This document shows positions 53,901 through 64,000 of a DNA stretch of 64,000 bases, one piece after another. A program made the position numbers and the translations under genes. Source of the stretch: Lingula anatina (lineage: Eukaryota > Animalia > Brachiopoda); assembly GCA_051362555.1 (NCBI GenBank), contig CM120641.1, positions 16,988,001 through 17,052,000 of the forward strand, read 5' to 3'. How positions within the stretch are numbered: position 1 is the first letter of the stretch; each line of letters begins with the position of its first letter. Below the pieces are notes generated by a model. That model was not told the DNA's origin and did no database searches. It was given only the letters and a program-made list of their open reading frames with translations.

Positions 53901-56900
53901 AAATACTAAAAAAATAAACTGAATTTGATAGTGAATTAGCTGGCATTAGTTCCAACCCTTTGTAATACTAGAAGTATTCCTATTACATATGACGGCCATC
54001 TTGGATTTTCTCAAAATGCTCAAGAATACTGTTAGTTACGCACCACATACATATTGTGTGGGTAGAAAGGATGTGGAAAACACTCAGAAACCAGCTTAAT
54101 TTGATAGTGAAAAACGAATCTTTCCAGTTGCCATTAGTTGAATCCCCCATATACTAGAATTCCTGTGGCACATGGCAGCCATCTTGGATTTTCCAAAATG
54201 CCCAAGAACACTTCGTAGTTACTCACCACAAAAATATTATGTGGGTAACAAAGATCTGAGAAACAGACTTAATTTGATAGTGGACAACCTATCGTTCTAG
54301 CTGGTAATAGTTGTGCACTAGTATTCATATGGCTGTTATATGGCAAATGACAGCCATCTTGGATTTTTTCAAAAAGTTCAAGGGGACTTGTTTGCTATCT
54401 GACATATATGAATAAAATGGGTAATAAGGGTGTGGAAAACTCTGAGAAAATAATTTATTTGATAAAAATCAACATAGGTATGTACATATTTCTAAAGAAT
54501 TCAATAAATTGGCGGCCATTTTGGATTTTTTGGCCAAATGGTAAATTTTTTCCGTGGGCTACGGCTCTAATTTGATTTAGAATGCCAAAAGGTACCCACA
54601 TGCAAAATTTAGTGCTTTTATCCGCCGTGTCACGATTTTTTCCTTAAGCCACCGGACTAATCATCACACTAAGAAATAATATAAAATGGATGAAAAGATT
54701 AGAACTTTATACTCTTTCCTTTATATTTGTACATAAATATATATTCTTCAGGGGGGAATCGTCCGGTAGGGATTATCCTGGGGGGGGGGGGGTGTCTGGG
54801 GGGGATTGTCCTGATACCGATCAAATGCTGACCAAATATATAACATTCCGATCTCAAGTATACAGTAGCTTATAAGCGCGTCTTATTATCTCTAAAGTTT
54901 TTGCTGTAGTCAGCAAACGCATCTTTATGATTAACAGTGATTGAAATGGCCCTAGCCAACACATTCAAATCTAACCAAGAATAATTTCCCTGTTAGTTTC
55001 GTATGCAAGTGTATAGTCAGCGTCTTCTCTCAGGTCTCACATGGACGACGCCCATATTGAATGGAGGGATGGTAAACCTGATTATCACGTCATCAATGAA
55101 CTTTATCAGAGGGAGCGATCAAAAACCCACAAGCCCGACTCCCTGGAGAAGACAGTAGAGAATTTGGTGAAGACATTTGAAATGGAGGTATCGCATAAAA
55201 AGAATCCCCAAGTAAGAAATGAAATATTACATCCTATATAACCAAAAAAGGCACTTACATGTGCAATACTTATTATACATGTACACATACCCTTATTATC
55301 AATTAACATATGTAGGCAGACAGTTCAGACAACAATTTTAAAGGGAATCTTTTTTTTCTGTAAAAAAGAACCTTAAGCATCGTGTACCTAGATCAATTTC
55401 ACCTACCTTTTCTCGGCATAAGGGGTGTTACGTTCGAGCCCCTAAACCCCCGCACCCCCTGGCTACGGGTCTGAAGGTAGACGAATATCAGTGTGTGGAG
55501 AGGGTGCTCGGCTCATGTCTTAATTAAAATCTTTCGTATAAAATACGGCATTATTACGGCATAGATGGGAAGTTGTTAGTCTGTGTCTGTGTGTGCGTGT
55601 GTGTGTGTGTGTGGGGGGGGGGGCTGTTTTCAGAAAGCGCTTTATGACCTACATCAGCTGAAAGTCGGTGTGGTGGTAGGGATATACGGTCGGTTCGTAG
55701 TTTTTAAAACAGACAACACGTTAAAGTGGGCCCGTTTCATATCTGGGAAAGAAAACCTGCTTAGCCAGCTGGCAATGCACTTTCCTTGAAGGATTTTGCA
55801 AGTGTGATGCGGCAACGAATGAAAGCTTTAAGAGATCAGTCACGGATATTTTTCGGTATGTTTCTCTCTTATCCTACACCGTAGTACCAGCATTGTCTAC
55901 AGCAGTGTCTGTTCATCATGTTTTGCGTTTCATTTTAATTCTACCTGCACAGACGAAATTCAAAGCGCATTAACCCTTTCATCCTTATAACTTAAAAGTT
56001 GTCTCATTTCTCGCATATTCTCGCACTTTTCTAGTCTCGTGTGATGTATGCGTCATTACCCTAAGTGTCAATCTCATGTATCTGATTGTGAAAATCCATT
56101 CCTTTACAAAACAAAAAGCACTACAAACGATATGCATGATGTGGAAATGGCACAGATATCACAAACAATTGGAAAAAAAAAGAAAATGACAGCTGTTATA
56201 TTTACTCTATTGCTTTTACTGCTTACACTCCGTCAGTCTTATATAAACAGACCTCTTTTGTTGTGACTGTATCGTTCAGGTGTCTGTGTATCATGTGACA
56301 CCACCGTAGCAACTAGGCAATTGGCGGTATTTGTTGTGCTTAGCAACGGGAAATATAAACGCCAAAATCTTATACTCTCGAGGGAATTTTGTTTTTAATC
56401 AGGATATGCATTTTGATGATAATAAACCCTGTTAGTACCCTTAAGGGAATTGAGTACTTTATAGTCTTTTTCCTTATCTGCATGGATAATAAGGATAAAC
56501 ATTGTCATGTTATCTGTCACAGTTAAAAGTTTTAAATATTATTGTAAATTTGCTTATTTGAGTTGATGTCGTAACAGCTGCGTTTTTGAAGTTGTCAGAG
56601 CAAAAAATTGAAGGAATTAAGGCGTTGCATGTTATTACTTAATGTAAATAAGGAATCATCTGTTATTGGCTCTACCGGTATGTGTCCATCTTCCAAATAA
56701 CTGTGTTGATTTAATACACGCATCTGTTTCATCTAATCTGTGTTTAAATGTAGCGTCATGTCCGATTTAAATTGTCACATCCTCTTTGTTTTCCGCAGGA
56801 ATGGAAAAGTGTCGCATACGACGTTTTTAAAATGCAGATAAATGGTGGGAAATACTTCAGCGCAGACGAGCTTGCAGACATCGGTAGCTACAACGCGCTT

Positions 56901-58158
56901 TTGGCCGATGCACCCCTGTACAAGGCATCAGAAGAAACGTTTGAGTCCTCTCATAATGATTTTCGAGGCGCTTTTCCCGGTGGTTTTGCCTGGGAGGTGC
57001 TGGAGGTCATCTCAGGTAGGGCATTGTTCGGCATTTGGCAGTGGCAGATCCAGGGGCCTCTAAAGGATGTTTGTAAATTCTATTTTGACTAGTTGAACGA
57101 TACAGGCGAAATCTGACCGCAATAAAGAATGCCACACGGTTTCAGTGTTCTACCCAGAAATGGTCATGGTCCCCAATTCTTTAGAGAAACAGACGGCAAT
57201 GTTTTGCCGTTAACATTGGCTTCCTTAGAGGTCGTCTGGTATTCTTACCTGCTAAAACCAGTCTGGTGTTCACAAGGGGGGGGGGGGGGCTTGAAAACGC
57301 GTTTTGGTGGCAATTTGCCCCTCATTCTAAACGGAATGGGTGGTCTTCGTTTAGTTGCAGCAGCAATCCTGGATGACAGTGAGTCTTGTATCCTGGTGGT
57401 TAGATTTCGATGCATTGGGCGTGGCCTCTGTGTAGGTACATCGGTCTGGGCATAACTATAAAACTGTGCGGACCGTTCCGTGTGACACAATAATCTGTGT
57501 GGCAATTTCTGGGTTTTTATTTTGCACCTTTCTTGCACAGACTAACTTTTTTTGTAAAACACTGCTTAGTTCATTTTACGCACAACAAAACTGACCGTTT
57601 ACATGCAAAATTTCAAATTTTTTTATACAGTAGTTGCCGACATATGGATACTTTTTCGACAGAACCATTCTTTGCCAAAGCCAAGCTTTGGCCTGGTACA
57701 AAGAGCACTACCCAATTAAATCAATGCATAGTACGCAATGCAGCAATACTACAGACATGGTAGTCAGATAATTGGTAGCGACAAACCACACTTCTCCATT
57801 CATAAATCTTATATAAGAATTGTGTTTTTGAAAAAAGAATGCATTTTTACCTATGCATACCATTGAAACTGAAATACTCCACAGTCTGTAGAATAATGGT
57901 TGTTCAAGATATAGCTAAACCAGACCGCCTTTTTTTTAATATATATAACCCAACTAATGAATTGTCCTTTTTTAACAATGTAGCAATAAATAAATGTCAT
58001 TGGCCTTTGGGATAAAAAATAAATATCAAATATTCAATAAGACTAAATAATGTATTATGATGTAATGATTGAGCATAAGTTTTTATTTACAAACAATTCA
58101 GCACCAATTTCATTGGTGGAGTTGCAAAGATGAGTCCATCTTTCCTTCCTTTAAATAT

Positions 58159-58193
<35 letters not shown>

Positions 58194-61100
58194 ATTTTTT
58201 TGCATATTAGGCGGTCTTTTGATCCTAAATCGTCAGGAAATTTTCTCCTTCGCGGATGCGTAACACAAGCCTGCCATTGCATACGCAGACTACAAAAATA
58301 TGTATGACAACAACATTGAGTTGATAGCATTGCGCAAGCAAACTATGTGCGTAATAACAATGCACCTGCGTGGGGTGCAAAAAATTCAGTCGGCGAAACA
58401 GATCAGACAACAAACTAGTCAGTCATTGTTTGCCTTTCCAAATAACAGGATGAATGCAACAAAAGCTTTTGTAGCTTTGAAAGGGGCACGCATTGTACCA
58501 CTATGTATAATACAATTTGAAAAATACGTATTGTCAGGATCCATTAGCAAGTTATTGTAGGTAGTTTGCATCGAATCAAACAACATTCATTATGGAGGTT
58601 TAGAAATGGTCCTCTGCCTTGACACTATGATTCACTTGGTTTAATCAGTAAAGCTATCATTATAATATAGTGTATGTAGTGTAAATCCAAGACTGTCTCA
58701 ATCTTAATTTAATTTTCTAATTTTTACCATGCCTTTACATTGTGTAAGGAGCCCTAGATGGTAACGTATATTACGGGTGATTTAATTTCGATTTTTATAT
58801 TGCGTTCCGATATATTTTGTAGTGATTCAGATATGGTATATTATACATGACCTAAGGGTGTTTTTATCAATATATAAACTGTAACTCAAGGGGCTTTGCG
58901 TCATGGCTAATACTGTGTAACGTATGTTTCCTAAAAAAATTGTCAGAAAGTTTCATCTTACCCAAGTACGTGGTGCAAAAGAACCCAGGACTTTTTGTTG
59001 CTGACTGAAAATTTATACACTGTAAAACAGTGTTTAACTTTTAAACACATAAAACACACGTTTAGCACCTGAACGCGTTTAAAATGTGTGTAAAAGCTAA
59101 ACATGCATGGCTTTTCAGGAGTCTCACAGAAGAAAAAGCTACACATGTTTAGCATCGTTACACGTTTAGCTATGTGTTTAGCTGCTTCACCGGTTTATGA
59201 TTATGTACTAAGTTTATTGCAAAGCTAAACACATTGGCTAAGCACTTCCCCCCTGCTAAGCGCGTGGAGCTGCTAAATGTGTTTAACTGCTAAACGCGTG
59301 GAGCTGCTACACGCGTGGAGCAGCCTGCTCGGATACTTAGTGGACTTCCTTGCACTATTTGAAATATGTCTTATAAGTACTAAGTGAATTTTGCCAAAAT
59401 CCTGTAATAAACCTCCCAACAAGCCTAAAGGCCTAGGCCATGTTTTCAGTCTACCATGGTATAAAAGTGCATTTTATTCTGATTCCTTATTAATGTATCC
59501 AACTATGTTTTTACTTTAGACCTTAATGATAAAAAAGGTAAGTAGAAAGCATTATATTCATGGGCGGATGTAGGATTTTGGAAAGGGTGGGGTCCAACCT
59601 TCAGGAATTAGAACAACAACCTAAAAGAGGCCTCACTTTTTGCAATTTTTAAAAAAGATAAGATAAACTCGAGAAGCCATTCATTTTTGAAGATTTGATC
59701 GTCAGCATCTACCTGTATCGTTTGACTCCATCTGTCTTTCAAGTCTTTCAAGGCACAACAAAATAACACAGTATGCCACAATGATACAATATTACATGGA
59801 GCGAGCTGGCAAAAACAACAACAACAACAACAAAAAAACAAAAATAATATAATTACCTTCTAAATGACAGAAGTGTGCAATAATTCAGGTATCAATATTA
59901 ATTGCAAAGTCATGTAACTCAGCTTTCATCTGTGTCATCACATGTTTCACTGCCTGTATATTATAATTTATATTTTAGTATATATATACTAAATTTTTTA
60001 CATATTTCATTACGCTTATTTGTTAGGTCACAAACTTTTGTAAAAATGTGCTAGAGCTTATAATGATTACCATTGAAGCAGGGATAAAGTTCTTGGTCTG
60101 GCAGAGAAAGATATTTTCGTTTGCTAACTTTCAGTGCGTCAGATATACAGTATCAGGGTCAAAAAATAACCAGCCGTCTGTAAACTGCGCTGCGACGCAC
60201 GGAAGTGCGGTATAAAAGATGTAAACTCTCCCTTTTTTATTTATAATATTGTATTAATGCTATGTATTGGCCTGGTTCATATATTGCCAAACATATTCAG
60301 GTTTAACGTGTGTAACATATTCTAGAAGCTAAACGTGTTTATCAGCTAAATCCTTTAAAAAAATGAGACAAATAATTTAGAACATCACTTATAAATTTGA
60401 TTAGGAGCGAAACACTGTTTTTACGGTGTATTGTGACTCCATGATAGTTTGACATTTCTGATAAATTTTTTTTGGACCACGAATGGAAAATAGATGATTT
60501 AATGGAGTAACACAGTACCTTACAGTATGTGCGTGTCAGGTAAGGGTTTTGAATCAAAATCCCCTGCACCCTCTGAACCAATCTCTTTTTAATTCAAATA
60601 AGCTGTAAAGGTAGATAACCGATCGGTTTGCTGATCAAGTCTAGAAATAGACAACAGGACTGGTGCAAAAATTATTATACTCATGTACATTATAATGTAA
60701 TATAATTGGCAGATAACCAATATGGAAATTAAAGTAGATCTTTCTACAGTATAACTTAAGGTGGGCAAGATAGAATAGGGCAAAGAACAATGAAAGATAT
60801 TATAGATACATGTGTTCCATGGTATAACATTAGGCGAGCCTTTTTTATTTTTACTTATAAACGACAGAAAAATATTTAGAAATTTGCACAAACAAGTAGA
60901 ATAGCAAGAAAAAATCGAAATGGACATGTGTACTGGATCAATTACTTTTAAAGATATTCCAACTAACGATAAATTGGAGCTTCTTGTCATGTATATCATA
61001 ATCTTAGATTATGCAACATGCACCGACAATCTTGGTAAAGGGTAATCAGAATTTAAAGAAGTATTTAAAGAAAAAAGGACTGGGAGTTACCAAGTTGAGC

Positions 61101-61496
61101 AACTACTTCACCTAGCTCTTCTAATGAATGGGTTTGTTATAAATTCGAAAAGTCACGATCAAAAGACGTTATTCAACTCCAATTAAGATTCTTTCTTTGA
61201 GTGAAAAACACAGCATGCAAAGTTTGTTACAGAATAAGATTGTTTCAGGTCCGCCTGTGGTAACGTTTACTTGGCGGCACTGGGCCAAATGGACCGGACC
61301 TTACAAGGGGGTGTCGCCCTCTGGCGAGAGGATTGAACTGATAGGCTGTGCCATCACTACTGTGAATGAAAACCTCCAGGTTGAAGAGCTAAAACTTTAC
61401 TACGATCCTAACCCCATTCTGGCCACCTTACTGAAACTGAACACAGGGACAGATGAGGGAGCCACCGGATGCCCGTTCCACAAGAGCATGAAGTGA
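50941..61496 (+). CDS. 'Pathogen-related protein'-like protein (plant/fungal PRP family, NTF2/SnoaL-like fold)
   Basis: Exons 50941-50972, 55034-55211, 56799-57015, 61249-61496 splice in frame. Motifs: WRDGKPDY, SLEKTVENLVKTFEMEVSHK, GSYNALL, TFESSHNDFRGAFPGGFAWEVLEVISGPPVVTFTWRHW, YYDP, terminal GCPF. The short first exon is the least certain. Confidence 0.88.
51817..54657. mobile_element. 2.8-kb foldback-like non-autonomous DNA element with long TIRs
   Basis: TA|GTCCGGT...ACCGGAC|TA. Inverted similarity extends over at least about 330 bp (51817-52145 versus about 54340-54657), with periodic CCAAGATGGC / GCCATCTTGG subrepeats. Confidence 0.85.
52652..52810. mobile_element. 159-bp MITE with 8-bp target-site duplication, nested in the foldback element
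   Basis: AAATCCAA|GGGGG...CGATAGTCCGAAGGTTCA...TGAACCTTCGGACTATCG...CCCCC|AAATCCAA. Confidence 0.8.
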
Positions 61497-62639
61497 AAGT
61501 GTGCTACGTGTACTTGAAGTAAGAAGAATCACGCGATAAGAATTTTGCTTTGTTTAACTATATGACTGCATAGACTTCCTCTCCTAATCCATATAATACA
61601 GATTAGACCAAACGATGAGTTTGGGTATTGATGTAAACGTTTGATGCTTAAGTCTTCGTTCTTGTTTGGTTCGAAATGTTATTCATTGTTTCTAAATTGA
61701 AACAATATTATGATAATTGGTGTTGTTAGCTCCTTCTTAGGCAATAAGTCAGAGTGTAGTTTAGTTATTCGGTTATTTTTATCATTTATACAGAAAAGCA
61801 AAAACTCTGTTAAAGCTTATGAATATTCAGAATATAATAATAACCTCAGCTGAGTATCTTAAACAATGCACCCAAAGTAATTTGAATAAACAATCAGTTA
61901 TGATTTAGACCCAGAAGAAATGGTCTCGATTTTAAAAATGTTAGAGAATACATATATCTAGGACCTAGGCTGCGCCACAAGTAATATAGTTATATAAAGT
62001 AGATGTCTTGATGATTGTGTTTTTTCCTCTTGCTTTCTTTGCTTTTGCTTGGCTAATAGGAGAGCTTCATAGCAAGTTTTTACTGCGTCAAGAATTGATC
62101 TTTTAAGATACGCAGCATTCATGCACATACATGCAGGCCTTTCACGGATTGTCGAAGTGAACGAACAAAAGCTTCCTAACATTTTTCAAAAACTAAAATA
62201 AAACATCTTTTATATCCCTTGACAAAAGCAGGTAATTTGTCATTCACCGAGATAGCATAGAATACAATAAGCTGGGAAGCCTGTGGCTATATATCGAATA
62301 GATTTACCCTCAGTTTAAAACCGGCTTAGATAAAAAATTTGTTCTACTCTTTTATTCCATATGGTCTGACAGGAAAATACGTTTAGAAATAGACATGCTG
62401 TTTCACTTTTGCGAGTAAAATATTGGAAGTGTTATGAACTCAAATGTCCGTTAACGCCATGCATGTATCCCTTGCCATTATGCCATGGTTTGAACACCTA
62501 GACTGGAACTTTTTTCGCTGTCAAAGAGGTGAGTTGGCCAACCAATAAAAATGCATGGCCCTCAATCCTATAATAGCATCACCGAGTTAATTCAACTAAA
62601 AAAAAATCAGTTTTAAAAACATGTCTCGCAGCACCTGAC

Positions 62640-64000
62640 TGCTTTCATAACAAAGCCAAGTTTTGTTTAACCCAAGGCTCCCTAGCGTCTAGGGAGCTTC
62701 GCCAAATATAAGACAAGTGGTGGAATGCTATGGCTGAGAAAATCTGGACCATCGATGACCCAGGAGACAAAAACGCTCTTTCAAGGATTTAAAAACCGTA
62801 ATTGAGACTTGGGGAGGGGGGCTTAAACAAATTCAATCCTCTCTGCTAATGTCAAGAGTCTTCTAACCGAAAGAAATGAGATCCTGGAAGATATACTTCA
62901 ATCAATTACTTAATCAAACGTCTAATGTAGACATCTCAGCCCTTGCCTCAGCATGTTACTCTACACAACTTCATCATCATCATCATCATCATCAGGCTGT
63001 TCATTACCGAAGATGACTGACTGAATTGAGCTACAGACTTTTCGCAGACAGGCCGTCATGTAGACTTTGAGACCACCTTAGGATTTGCTGACATCCGTTG
63101 CATTGCCTACTGCTTGAACTAGCCGTTGAATATCGACGACCATGTGCACGTTGTTGTCACCCCAGTGAAGTCGGTGGATGGGAGGCTACTCATGGACCTT
63201 GAAGATATCAAGACTAGATGGAAGGAGCACTTCAGTAACTTATTTAACCAAGTGGGATCTGCACAGGCAGATGCATGACAGCAGCTGAAGAAAAAACCAA
63301 AATTGAATGAGGTGTGTGGAGAATTCTGCATGGAGGAACTGCAGAATGCTCTCAAATGCTTAACAAGTGGTAAAGCGCCTGGACTCGATGGTATTCCTTC
63401 AGAAAATGGTGAAGTAAAGCATGAAGCTCTATTATAGTTATTCAACTGTCAACCGTGAGACCTTGTGGAAGGTTCTGGAAACTCATGGATGAATTGACGC
63501 CAACTGGATTTTGTTCTGTACAGGGTGTTCTGTTTTGAGTGTGGGAAAAGTCCCGGAGCAATGGAATGTACAAAACTTAGGCGATCTTTAAAAGAAGTTC
63601 GACATGGGGTAATAAGCCTAAGATGAAACAAACCCATGTAATGGGTCTGATGGTATTGCCGCCAAATTTTTTCAGAAAGACAGGAACAATATCTTGAGTC
63701 AACTATACAGTTTGTCCCAAGCCATCTAGTAGTAAGGCAAGCCCTGCAAGATTTAAAGACGCTTGTGGCATCCCTATTTGCAAAAGAGGAAATAAGCAGG
63801 ATTGTGGTAATCATCGGGGTATCCAAAGCCCAATAAAACCCTAAATGGTCAACCACTCGAGGTAGTAAACGCTTGACATATCGTGGAAGCACCATCTACG
63901 TTAACAACAGTCGTGACACAGTGTGAAAACGACTAAGCATCCGCCTTCGAAGAAAACGCAAGGTCTATCACGGCAACTCCACTGGAATGGCCACCAGATT
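62640..64000 (+). mobile_element. Degraded RTE-like LINE fragments (at least two pieces)
   Basis: Broken + strand translations: DKWWNAMAEKI, LLTERNEILE, PVKSVDGRLL...RWKEHFSNLFN, GKAPGLDGIPSE, TVNRETLWKVL, GNKQDCGNHRGI, TYRGST. A (CAT)n run at about 62972-62993 separates the pieces. Confidence 0.7.

Larger units (their letters stand above)
51270..54819. mobile_element. Outer non-autonomous TIR element with about 150-bp imperfect inverted termini
   Basis: Left GGACAATYCCCC repeats...TTTTTAGTGTGATAATGC mirrors right ATCACACTAAGAAA...GGGGGGATTGTCC. Exact ends and TSD were not resolved. Confidence 0.6.

Noticed and set aside
55310-59600. Scattered hAT-like end fragments (about 55472, 57040, 59560) and G/C homopolymer runs
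   Set aside because: No paired TIRs or TSDs could be established.
60589-61190. AT-rich stretch that might be a decayed transposase or coding relic
   Set aside because: Multiple stops on the + strand and no motif I can assign by eye.

Overview
AT-rich, intron-containing animal genomic DNA. It is probably lophotrochozoan or molluscan; this is inferred from gene content and bivalve-type HINE elements, not proven. Spliced genes rebuilt by hand, in window order: the 3' part of a small RING + TRAF/SIAH-type zinc-finger gene (+); BPNT1 (-) with two duplicated alternative first exons; SCYL1 (+), head-to-head with BPNT1; a Toll-like receptor with a single coding exon and multiple cysteine clusters (-); SLX9/FAM207A (+); a 7-exon His-rich polytopic membrane protein resembling an uncharacterised bacterial family (-); a CYP2-clan P450 (+); and a plant/fungal-type 'pathogen-related protein' (NTF2/SnoaL-like, +). 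Mobile DNA includes two deep nests of non-autonomous transposons, an L2-type LINE, RTE fragments and several MITEs. Best leads: the BPNT1 first exons appear to encode mitochondrial- versus nuclear-targeting leaders, and the membrane protein, P450 and NTF2-like gene may form a defence or metabolite cluster. All family assignments come from motif recognition by eye, without database searches.
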